Positions 50,350 to 62,500 of a DNA stretch of 64,000 nucleotides are shown here, piece after piece. The position numbers and the translations under genes were made by a program. Location: positions 7,254,001 to 7,318,000 of the forward strand of contig OZ210885.1 of the NCBI GenBank assembly GCA_964658305.1, read 5' to 3'. A model generated the notes under the pieces. The model made no database searches, was not told the origin of the DNA, and saw nothing but the letters and a program-made list of their open reading frames with translations. Position 1 is the first letter of the stretch, and every line of letters starts with the position of its first letter. The DNA comes from Leptogorgia sarmentosa (Eukaryota).

Positions 50350-53300
50350 ATGACTGACGGAGATGAACACTCAATCGAAAAACTGAAAAAAATTCGCAGC
50401 ACCGCGAAGGCAAACGTGACACGTAAGATAAATAGACTTGACGAACTTATGGCTAGCAACAATATTCAAGCTGTGGAAGAGACGAAAAACGACCTTTATG
50501 CAACTGTTAACGAATTTCAACTAGCGCATAAAGCCTGTCATGAAAAACTCGATTGTGAAGAGGAGAAGTCGAACTCGTCTAAATATTGCGCGGCCGTCTT
50601 AGAAGAAGCGGAAAAGCAGAAAACCAAGGTACATCTTTGGCTAACCGAACAACAAAAGAATGATACTGCCCCAACAGGGTTCGACATCCGCCCCGACGAT
50701 TCGATTAGCAACGTCAGTTCCGTGCGGTCAAAAAAGTCTAAGTCTAGCTCCGTGAGAAGTTCAGCAAGTGCCAAAGCAAGAGCGGCTGCGAGAAAGGCAG
50801 CGTTAGAAGCTAAGGCCACGTCGCTTCAAAGGTTGCATGAAATTCAGTACGAGGAATTGAAGCTTCAACAAAGGAAGGCTGAAATAGAGCTTCAAGCTGA
50901 GATAGATGTTGCAGAAGCTGAACGAAGGGTATACGAAGAGAGTGAAGTTGAAGAAATGTATGGTCAAGTAAAAAAGGGCACCCATTCGTCTGAATATCCC
51001 GAACAAATGAACCATGCTTCTACCAGTAGTCCTGCTATACAGTCGAGCAAACAACACGCTCAGCCAAATATTCCCAATCGACTATCGAAAGATCAGCTGG
51101 AAAACCCTATTGCGTTAAAGTTACTTCGTGATCCTAAAGAGCATTACGGCGACAAGGCGGTTCAAAAGGATCAGAAGACGAAGAATCACCATGAAAGTTT
51201 TCGTGACGAGTCATTTCAAATGCTAATGGAAACACAGGATCGTCAAAATACCGTATTGCGGCAGTTGATTGAGCAACAACAACAAGGCGTTATGGCGTTA
51301 ACGCTACCCCAGCCCACGATGCAGATCTTTAATGGTGATCCAACAAGCTACTGTGATTTCGTTCGTGCCTTCGAGCATCTAGTCGAAAGAAAAACTACAT
51401 GTCCCAGTGCGCGATTGTACTACCTTGTACAATACACCTCGGGTCATGTACAAGAATTAATGAAGAGCTGCCTTTCAATGAAACCTAGCGAAGGATACAT
51501 GGAAGCAACACGGCTGTTAAAGGAAAGATATGGTCAAAGCTATCAGATCGCATCTGCGCACGTAGATCGCTTGATCAATGGCCCTGTCATAAAGGCTGAC
51601 GACGGTGTAGAGCTTCAGAGATATTCCATCCAATTAACGAGTTGTGCTAACACGTTGAAGGAAATTGGCTGTATTGGGAAACTGGACAACCCAGAGAATC
51701 TGCGAGGGATCATCAACCGTCTTCCCACCGCAATACGAGATGCAGTTGACCGGATTGTGGATCAAGAAAGGAGAGACGTAACAATCGATGACGTCACGAA
51801 GTTTGTAACAAGTCGAGCGAGAGCTGCAAATCATCCTGTGTTTGGAAAGGTAGACAGAGAAAAGAAGGAAAAGACTGATCCTGACCAAAGGCGACCGCGT
51901 CCATCTGGCGGAATCAGAGCAAATGGATTCGCGACTCACGGTGAACAGGGCAATCAGGATGGAGCAACAAAACCAAAGACATGTCCATCGTGTAAACAGA
52001 ATCATTGGCTTTCGCGTTGTGAAGGGTTCCGTAAACGGTCGTTAGAAGACAGGCTGAAGTTTGTAAAGGACAAGAAGTTATGCAATAACTGTTTACTTCC
52101 TGGTCATTACGTTCGCTCCTGTACGAAGCCGAGTTTTTGCAAGGTTCCAGAATGCAATGGAAAACACTCGACCTTCCTTCATCCGAGGGGCAACACATGC
52201 AACAAGAAGACCGATCCCCAACACAAGGAAGAACCTGAGGAGCTAGGGGAGGAATCAGCAGCAGCCCATACTGCTTATGTCAAGATGTCCACAAAGCCAA
52301 ATGTCTCAGCACGCAGTTCAACCGCTACAGCATTGGCTATTGTCCCAGTTCGAGTGAAAGCGAAAGGAGGGTCAGCGTTCGTGGAAACGTACGCATTCCT
52401 CGATTCAAACCCTGCTAAAGCAACTGAACGTTAGTGGAAGCATGACGAATCTTTCGTTGACAACAATACATGGAGAAAATGTACCTACTCAGTGTTCCTT
52501 GGTAAGCCTCGAAGTGTCTGATCTCAATGCTGTGAATTATGTTAACCTACCAGTGGTGTATTCAAGACCATCCCTACCTATCTCGCCGGACGCAATTGGC
52601 AAAGAAGAAGATATTCACCGTTGGGAACATTTGAAGGGTTTATCCTTGCCAGAAATCGATGCTGAGATTGGTCTTCTCATTGGCAGCGATGTACCAGAAG
52701 CCTTACAGCCCATTGAAGTGCGCCCTAGTGAAAATGGTGGTCCGTTTGCAACCAGGACAGTCTTTGGATGGGTATTGAATGGTCCTCTTCACAGAAGCAA
52801 ATCAAAGATTCCTACCGCCAACTTTGTGCAATCGACTAATGCATTAGAACGCCAGTTTCACAATTACTGCAACCGTGAGTTTAACGATTCGAATTACGAA
52901 GTAGAACCAGCAATGTCCCAGAACGACAAAAGCCAAAAGGGCCTTAAAGATTATGGAAGACTCCATCGAGTTAGTCAATGGACATTATGTAATTGCCCTA
53001 CCGTGGAAAAGGTATCCACCACGATTGCAAACCAACCGACCCTTAGCTGAACAACGACTGAATTCGCTCAAAAGACGACTCCAACGAGAACCTATCGTGC
53101 ACGAGAAGTACACGGCGTTCATGAACGACCTACTGAGCAAAGATTACGCGAGAAAGGTGAACTACGAAGACCACGATTCGCCAAAAATCCTTTGGTACCT
53201 TCCCCACCACCCAGTATTGAATCCTCACAAACCCGAGAAGGTTAGAGTAGTCTTCGATTGCTCTGCTAAATACGGTAATACGTCACTCAACGACCAACTG

Positions 53301-56216
53301 CTACAGGGGCCGGATATGACCAACACTTTAGTCGGAGTACTCACAAGGTTCAGAGAAGAAAGAGTGGCTATGACGTCAGATATCGAGTCCATGTTCTACC
53401 AAGTGCGTGTGCAACAAAGCGACCGTAGCGCGTTAAGATTCTTGTGGTGGCCAAATGGAAGGTTCGATGAACCAGTTGAAGAATACGAAATGCAGGTACA
53501 TCTATTTGGCGGAGCATCATCACCCAGCTGTGCAAACTTTGCCCTGAAACAGACAGCAGAAGACAACAAGGCAGAGTTCGATCCGCAAACCGTTGAAACA
53601 GTCAGAAAGAACTTTTATGTTGACGATTGTCTCAAGTCAGTGAAATCCGACGAGGAAGCAGTTAGAATGGCGAGTCAATTACGTGAATTGCTATCGAGAG
53701 GTGGCTTTAGATTGACCAAGTGGAATTCGACGTCACAAAGACTTATCAAGTCCTTGCCAGAGTCAGAAAGAGCGGAGAAAATCAAAGATCTCAACTTCGA
53801 CAATTTATCGATCGAAAGAGTTTTGGGGGTCCAATGGAACGTCTCAACCGACCAGTTTGGGTTCAGCATCGTCATCAAAGACCGTCCCATGACTAGGAGA
53901 GGACTACTGTCCGTCGTAAGTTCAGTGTTTGACCCGTTGGGATTCGTTTGCCCATTCATCCTCCAAGCGAAGCGAATTCTGCAAGATTTATGCCGAATGA
54001 AGCTGGACTGGGACGAACCAATTCCTGAGAAGTTCCAAGACCGCTGGCGATCATGGCTGCAAGATCTACCAAGGTTGGAAGAATTGGAAATCGACCGTTG
54101 CTTCAAACCCAACGATGAAGAAATCATGTCAAGTCAACTGCATCACTTCGCAGACGCTTCCCAGTTACATACCTGAGAATCGAGAACAAACAACAAGAAG
54201 TCAAATGTTCGTTTGTCATGGGAAAATCGCGCCTCGCCCCAATCAAGTCAGTAACAATTCCTGGTATGGAACTATCCGCGGCTGTAACGGCAGTTAAGTT
54301 AAACAAGATGTGTCATGCGGAATTAAGCCTACCAGTTGAAGAAACACTTTTCTGGACAGACAGTACCTGCGTACTCAAATACTTGGAGAACGAAGATAAG
54401 CGTTTTCAAACCTTCGTTGCGAACCGCATCAGCGTGATACGAGAAACGTCCTCTTTGGAACAGTGGCACTACGTCAACACTGATGACAATCCTGCAGATG
54501 CTCAGGATTGTCTCAGCTACTCAAATGCATCACTGGATACACGGTCCAACCTTTCTGCAGCAACCAACTAGCACCTGGCCTCGACGCCCGGAAGGTATTG
54601 ACCGGAAAATCGCGCCAGACGATCCTGAAGTCAAGAAGGAATTGGCGGCATTCGCATGCGAGACCATTAGTCCGGATCTCATTACCACAGTTATATCCAG
54701 ATGTTCATCGTGGAGTCGACTGATAAGAGTTGTTGCTTGGGCTCTGAAATATATTTCAATTCTGCTGCGGCGTGTACGAGCGAAGAAGAACGGTAGAAAA
54801 ATTATGCCAACGACAACGATTGCCCCAATAACCGTCCCCGAATTGCGTGGAGCTGAGAAAGAGATTGTCGAACACGTTCAACGAGAAGCCTTTTCAGAAG
54901 AGATCAACGTACTAATGAAGTACGAAAGAGGAGGATCAAATCCCAAGGCGATAAAGAAATCGAGCAGTATCTATCAACTGGATTCTGTTGTCAATGACGG
55001 CCTGTTACGTGTTGGTGGTCGCCTACGACGAGCCCAGATCAGCGAGGAAGCGAAGCACCCAAGTATTCTGCCAAAAACCCACCACATCGTCACCCTAATC
55101 GTCAATTATTACCACCATGTCGCGGGACATTCAGGAGTGGAGCACACATTGTCCCTCATTCGAGAAAGATACTGGATAGTAAACGGAAGGTCAACGGTCA
55201 AGAATATTATCGGAAAATGCTACAGCTGCCGAAAACGTCAATCCCCAGTGTCCCAACAGAAGATGGCTGACTTACCACGTGATAGAGTTACACCTTCAAA
55301 GCCGCCATGCACTTATACTGGCGTCGATTGCTTTGGACCGTTCGAAGTGAAACGAGGAAGATCAACCGTTAAGCGATACGGCGTCCTTTTCACCTGCCTC
55401 ACTGTTCGTGCGATCCACATCGAAGTAGCCGCGTCCTTAGATACAGAATCCTTCATCAACGCTCTTAGGCGTTTCATTGCTCGAAGGGGTCAGCCCGAAG
55501 AAATACGCTCAGACAATGGAGGAAACTTCGTAAAGGGTGAGAAGGAACTCAAGCAAGCAGTGAATGACTGGAATCAGACACATATTCACGAAGCCCTTTT
55601 GCAACAAAACGTTAAATGGACCTTCAACCCACCAGCCGGATCTCATCATGGTGGCGTATGGGAGAGGTGCATACGGACGGTCAGAAAGGTTATCCTGGCA
55701 ACCTTGAAGGAGCAGCAATTGGATGACGAATCTCTCAACACCCTCATGTGCGAAGTAGAGTCTGTGGTGAACGGCAGACCTATTACCAAATTGTCGGACG
55801 ACCCCCGAGACAACGAACCCTTGACCCCCAACCATCTACTGTTACTACGCTCGGGATCAAGCCTCCCACCTGGTATTTTCTGCAAGGAAGATGGTTATGG
55901 AAGAAGAAGATGGCGTCAAGTACAGTATATGGCAAACGTGTTCTGGCGCCGTTGGTTAAAGGAATACCTCCCGTCCCTCCAACGAAGACAGAAGTGGAGT
56001 ATTCCACAGAGAAATTTCACAGTCAACGACGTAGTTTTGGTTTTGGACGAGAACAAGCCACGGTGCAATTGGCCTCTCGGACGCGTGGTTGAAGTCTATA
56101 CAAACGCTGGTGACAAGCTCGTGCGATCAGTAAAGTTGAAGACGAGTTCATCTGAACTTGTGAGACCAGTGGACAAGATCGTGCTACTGGAGGAAGACCA
56201 GACAATGAAGCGATGA
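50350..56216 (+). pseudogene. gag-pol, copy 2 (disrupted)
   Basis: 12-bp, 26-bp and 16-bp deletions, a 7-bp insertion and a complex indel near 54500 relative to copy 1. Confidence 0.95.
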
Positions 56217-56332
56217 ACAAGTAACGTACTGTACCTTCCTCAACCTACTTTTTAGTATACTCGAGTTGTTTCAAACCATTTGTTATGTTAGTTATTAGTA
56301 AAGGCTCATAATCCGCCTTTAAGGGGCCGGTA

Positions 56333-56915
56333 TGTAGGTTTGAAACTTGACTTACACCTTGCCATTTCCATGGTAACGTAGCGCATGCACATGTTTAGGG
56401 GTTTAGTTTAGGTTTCGGGTTTCAATGTTATACAAAGGCTGCAGTCGCCTGCAGAGCGAGAACGCTAAGCAAACTATTATCAAGTAACGCGGTCGAAAGA
56501 TCTATTTTTGTTATACAAGTTGGTGTGCGCCGACCAAAGTAAGTTATATTCACCTTGTCGTATAGTTAGTTTTGGTCTTATCTTATTATCTATAGCGTAA
56601 CATGTTGTAGTATTCATGTATATGCATGTTAGTCTTGCGCGCATGCCGTAATCTGTGTAATTCTTTTCCTAATTGTATAGTTCGAACCATACTCATTCCA
56701 TACCAATCCTATTAATCATCTATCTATCGATACCTACAACCTTTAATCTCAACCTGCTATCAAGCTATATCGACAACAGAACATTCATTATTAACTGGTA
56801 TTAAAGTTATTGTTTGGTGTGTGTATGTGTGTGAAGTTCGTATTATTGCTGCGCATCATACTTGTATTGACTCTTGGACATTGCGTCTTTCAATAATCTG
56901 CCCAGAGAGTCTACA
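56333..56915 (+). repeat. LTR3 (583 bp)
   Basis: TG...CA followed by TSD TAGAC; one C>T seen versus LTR2. Confidence 0.95.
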
Positions 56916-56975
56916 TAGACGACAACAAATAATCAAGTCGTATAAATTTTGGTGTATAAATGATAAAAGACTTAC

Positions 56976-57194
56976 AGTCACTTTTCACAGTTATCTTCAA
57001 TTCCCAAACTCCCCAACAATGAAGATTAGGGTTGTTACGTAATCTACTGAACGTAAATTGGGAAACCACAAAGACAGCTCCGTACCATTTATGCGCATAA
57101 TGTTGTTCCTTTCAAAACTGATATGTTGAACCCAATATAATTTTTTAAACGGATAAATGCTGTCGATGGCCGTCAACGCTTTGTCGCTACAATT
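56976..57194 (-). pseudogene. Mini-LRR receptor-like gene 2, LRR exon
   Basis: NCSDKALTAI..WVQHISFERNNIMRIN..WFPNLRSVD(L)RNNPNLHC..ITVKSD with a 1-nt frameshift; donor GACT|gtaagt. Confidence 0.7.
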
Positions 57195-57900
57195 CATGGG
57201 AGCAATAAGCGGGGGGCGCTCTAAGCCCCCAGCGGGGGTTTCGGGGGCGATGCGCCCCTATGAAAAATTTTTCCTCATCATTTACTTCAGTTTTTCTTAA
57301 AATCATTCCAAATTCTCTAAACTGATCATTTATAACCATAGTATAACCATAATGAAATTTACATATTTTCGCCTGGAAGAAGGAAATTGTTTTTGTCTAG
57401 AAATCTACATGTCTACATTTTCAAATGGATAAAATGTGAGGATTGGCCCTTAATCTAGGCCTTAAATTGCTTCCTTTTGCGAGTCTTTGCCGATCGTTCA
57501 TTACAATAGATTCTTTTTAAGCTTTTTAGTGTTTTAAAAACTTTGGAGTTATTAGAATTTTTAATTCATACCTTTGTATTAATTTTTTTATTACATGAAT
57601 GGTAAAACGGTTTAGCCAACGACCAACGTGCATGCATTTTGCCTTGCAAAAATATCCCTTGCCCTGCCAACCGGACGGTGAGGGGGTGGCACACCGCCCA
57701 CACCCTCCAGAATTTTCGCCCCTGACTGTATCAAGCGCCGTATCAGAACCTCGAAATTCTGCATCCTGATTGGTGGATCTGTCTTAGATTGACGACACAG
57801 TATCAAAAATGATTGGAATGTTACTATTTCGGGTAACAAAATGGTAGTGACCGTATCAAAGCTTCAACAACTGCGAATTAAACATAAATTACACAGGTGT
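57195..57900. mobile_element. Probable DNA-transposon/MITE end truncating LRR gene 2; right boundary uncertain
   Basis: catgggagcaataagcggggggg start with G/C-rich subterminal hairpins like other MITEs here; partner end not found. Confidence 0.4.
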
Positions 57901-59275
57901 GTAATTAATTTTTTAAAAACCACGGTTTCGAGCCCGCAATACATTATCAAAACAAATAAATAAACGCTTATCAACGCTAAAATTCTTGTTTTTTTTGTCA
58001 TTTAATGTCAACTTTGGACAAAAAAGTTTAGTGAACGTGTACTACAATGATATTAATACGAAATTACACTTGTTCTCGAAGTATTAATGAAAAATTGCAC
58101 TTGTGTTTGGCGAAATACCGCTCGTTTGTAATGTTTACAGTGGTGTGCACTTTTTTTCAAAACATAATAACGAATAATCTAAAATAGATTAATATCAAAA
58201 TTGGAACAGATTTTATCATGTTGGCCCTAAATTCGCCCATACATTCGCACACTCACAATACTGTAGCAAATTGAATGCATCAGAAAATTAATATATTCGC
58301 TCAAATTGGCACGCATGCAAATGAAATGCACTTATTGAGGTCAATATATCTTTGTGAAATTTTCCGTGGTAAGAACTAGCCAGCGAGATTAAAATTACTA
58401 AATAAAAGTACTGTTTTATTCCAAAGCATTAATTGTGACCTTCCATGGGATTTCATACGTTAACGCTTTGGGCAAACGGTCGGGAAAATCGTTCGTTTAC
58501 CGTTCGTTTACCGTTTATACGATTTAGCTTTTCGTTAAAACGTTTTCGCAGATCGTTCAGAGCTGCTATTTGGCCGTTGAAACGTTCGGACAAAATCGTC
58601 ATAAAATTCTTGACAAACCGTTCGAACGATCAGGAAAAAACGTTTAATCGTGTTCATCAAGTCGTTTAAAAAATTACACGTTCGGCGTTCATATTAAGAA
58701 ATATGAAACAGCAAGTACAAACAGAGCAAACGATTTTTCTTTGTATAGCAACATATCACGTCTCAAGCAACATATTTCGTGACTGTGTCTAAAATATCTT
58801 CTTCTGTTTTAGTGTTAGCTATCTTCAGTTAAGGTTGATTACAATATGATGAATTTTATATTGCATGTACACGATATTTAAAAAACAGTTTATCCCGATA
58901 GTGAACAGAAGGTATAGAACATTATTACCTGAGTAAGTCATGATTTCTTCATTCATGCGTCGCATAACACGTCGGATACAATTATATATTCTCTGAGGCC
59001 CGATTTATACGTCTGACACAGCACGGAAAACAGTGAGTGATTGTGAATCGTATATCGTGGCATCTGGTGAGATATGATATAGGTGATTTCTCTTCTTTCA
59101 GGTATAACTACACCATTTAGGTTTGATAGTATCTCATTTGAAATTTCTGACATTCCGTGTTTATATACAGCGAAGAGCCTCTGGCTTGTTTTTCAAATGC
59201 AAAGGTCGAAGGCTAAAAACCGGCAGCCAACGGGGGGTACTCAACTATTGCAACTTTTACTTATTCTCAAACAAA

Positions 59276-59494
59276 TGTCGGGGACTGTCGTAATATTAAC
59301 TAATTAAATCCAATTAATAATTAGCAATCATCTCGTATAAGTGCATGTCAGAGAGAGGACACAGAAGTCTTAAGCGTGATAGCGTGATTACAGAAGGGAG
59401 TGATTTGGGAGCTGTGATTTTGTATTGAATAAAATTATATAAAACTATTGTGAGTGTGTTGGTTCAACAAAGGCCTCGGACGGCATTCCCAACA
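59276..59494 (+). mobile_element. 5' LTR of a second Bel/Pao element
   Basis: tgtcggg...cccaaca ends; internal AATAAA; followed by a PBS and gag-pol. Confidence 0.75.
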
Positions 59495-59498
59495 CAAG

Positions 59499-59516
59499 TG
59501 GCACCTCCGCAACGGG
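59499..59516 (+). promoter_or_regulatory. Primer binding site
   Basis: TGGCACCTCCGCAACGGG begins 5 nt after the LTR end; TGG is complementary to tRNA CCA (Arg-like 3' end is an inference). Confidence 0.7.
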
Positions 59517-59534
59517 ATTGTGTGATTGTGAGAA

Positions 59535-62500
59535 ATGGATGAATTAGTGAAGCGAATCGAAGCGAAACGTAAAGTGGTACAAAGTACACGCGAAGCTATG
59601 AAACGAGCAATTGAAAATCAAAACACAGCGAGTATACAGCGGCAAAAGAACATAATAAAGAAAACTGTAGGCGAAATATACGAGCTTAAAGTCGAAGTAC
59701 AAGAGATCCGCATCCAAAAGGGCGATGACGAAGAAGAAATTCAAACGTGGACAAATGACATGGAATTAGAACTCGAAGCGTGGGATAACGAACTGGAGAA
59801 TGTTTCGAAAACGACAAGGGAATGGAAACGAAAAGAAGAAGAAGAGGCGAAATTACGTGACCAAGAGTTAGCAGCAAAGGAACGTCACGACTTATTTAAA
59901 GAACAGCTAGAATTCGACAAGGCAAAATTAGAACAGCAAACACAGCACGAGATAAAAATGGAAAAGATGCGCAAAGAGCAAGGGAAAACGCAGAGCACTA
60001 ACGCGAAGTTACCAAAGCTAGTGATTACCAAGTTTAATGGAACGCCCTTGGATTGGTTGCGTTTTTGGAACCAGTTCGAAGTCGAGATCGATAAGGCTGA
60101 CGTGGCATCTGTTACCAAGTTTTCGTATTTGAAAGAGCTGGTGGATCCGAAAGTAAAGGCCTACATCGATGGGTTGCCGTTTTCTACCGAAGGGTATGAA
60201 CGCGCGAAGAATATCTTGAAGACGAAGTACGGAGATACAAGTGAGATTGTAAACGCGTATGTACAAAACTTAATGAATTTGCCAACTATCCAGGGAACTA
60301 ATGTCGGTAAGATTCATGATTTTTACAGTAAGCTCATGTTCAACGTACAATCTCTAGGAACACTGGGCAAACTAAACGAGGTAAACGGTTATGTACGATT
60401 ATGCTTAGACAAATTAGAAGGCATAAGAGGCGATTTAGTTAGAACGGACGATGATTGGCGCCAGTGGGATTTTATTAAATTGACTGAGGCGCTTCGAAAA
60501 TGGACGGAGAGAAACCCTGTCAAAATGCATGACAAATCCAATGATAAATCTGACAGGCAATCCAATTTAAGTCGCACGAACGCATTCCAAGCGCGCCAAC
60601 ACGAAGCTAAACAGAGACGGTGCGTTTATTGTAACGAGATCAATCATGCGTCAATTAATTGTCCTAAAGTAGTTACGTCAGTAGATCGGAAAAAATACCT
60701 TAGTGAGAGACGGTTGTGTTTTAATTGTACCGGGGCCGAACACCGTGCCTCTGAATGCCGTAGTCGATCGAGCTGCTCTAAATGTAAACGTAGACATCAT
60801 ACTTCTATCTGCGATGCCTCGGGCGAGAAAGGGCCCCCAACTGTGCCTACGAATGACAGGTTACTAAATACCGCGACTAATGCTAATAAGCCTGTTGTCT
60901 ATCCAGTCGTGATCGTTGACATAAATGGTGTAAAATGTCGCGCCTTAATTGATACGGGGGCGGGAAGTTCTTACGCCTCGGCTAAACTCCTTGACACCAT
61001 TAGAGCGCAACCATGTAAGAGAGAGATGCGGCGCGTTGAAATGTTGTTTAGCACTTCAACAAAAATGGTTGGAATTTACAATCTGAAAATAGGCAATACA
61101 AGCAACAAATTCCACCTCGAAACGGAGGTAACCCGAGTCGAACGAAGTGAACTCTTGACACTTGACAACCCCAAGTACAAAGAGATTATGGCTAATTATT
61201 CACACCTTGACGGAATAATTATGCAAGACGACGATGAGAAAGAGCGCTTGCCCGTGCACTTAATCTTAGGGGCTGGGGACTACTCAAAAATTGAAACCGC
61301 CTCAAAACCAAGGATTGGGTCCCCGGGGGAACCTGTCGCAGAGCTCACGAAATTCGGTTGGACAATCATGTCTCCTGGAGAAGAAGTCAACCTGAACACC
61401 ATGCTTTTTACCCAGGTGCATCGTGATGACTACGAACAGTTGTGTAGACTAGACGTGCTAGGATTGCAAGATAACGCAACTGGTGATCAACAAAATGTTC
61501 ACAGTGAATTTAAAGAACAGTTGTCGCGCAGTGAAGAGGGCTGGTATGAGACGAGTTTGCCGTGGAAGGGAAACCACCCCTCCCTCCTTAGTAACAAAAC
61601 CGGCAGTTTGAGACGCTTAGATGGTCTAGTCCGGAAGTTAGAGAAGCAGAACATTATCGAACAGTACGATAAAATTATAAAGGATCAGATCAACGAAGGC
61701 ATAGTGGAAAAGGCAGATAAGGAAGCACAAAATAAAGAGTTTTACCTACCTCATAAGGCGGTTATAAGGGAATCAGCGGAGACGACCAAACTTAGAATCG
61801 TGTATGATGCATCTGCGCGAGAGAACGAAAACGTCCCTTCCTTGAACGAGTGTCTGGAAACGGGACCCCCCCTGCAGAATCATCTATGGCGTGTATTGGT
61901 CCGTGGAAGATTTCACCCGGTAGCCCTAGCTGGGGACTTGAAACAAGCTTTCCTTCAAGTTCGCATACGTGAAGAAGATCGTGACGTCATGCGGTTTCAT
62001 TGGTTCAAAGATCTTCAGACAAAAGAAATAGTCACACTTCGATTTACGAGAGCCCTGTTTGGACTTTCTCCATCCCCATTCCTACTCGGCGGCGTGATCC
62101 AGCAGCACCTTGAGAAGCACCAACAGCGACACCCGGAAGTTGTGAAAGAAATCAGCAGAAGCCTTTACGTCGACGACTTAGTCAGTGGTGGCGAGACAGT
62201 CGAGAAAGTGAGTCAGTTAAAAGAAACCTCCAAAGCGATCTTCAATGACGCAACATTCCAACTACATAAGTGGCATTCCAATATCCCTGCGCTCGAAGTT
62301 GAAGAAACCCCACAGTCATCACTAACAGAGGAAACGTTCGCCAAGCAACAATTGGGAGCTCGTTCCGGACAAGCGACGCTACTCGGCCTAGCATGGGACA
62401 AAGAACTTGATGTCATTAAGGTAGAGATACCCCAAAATAAAGCACGGCCGACGAAACGAGGGATACTTGGAAAGATCGCCAAAATTTATGATCCTCTTGG

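Larger units (their letters stand above)
42466..56915 (+). mobile_element. Tandem Bel/Pao LTR retrotransposon, LTR-internal-LTR-internal-LTR
   Basis: Three near-identical TGTAG...CTACA LTRs; one 5-bp TSD TAGAC (42461-42465, 56916-56920); Gag Cys-His knuckles, protease FLDSG, RT YVDD, RNase H HHFADAS, integrase HHCC and D,D-E; purine tract aaggggccggta before LTR2 and LTR3. Confidence 0.97.

Noticed and set aside
57195..57197. ATG start of LRR gene 2
   Set aside because: Probably supplied by the CATGGG terminus of an inserted element; no signal peptide follows
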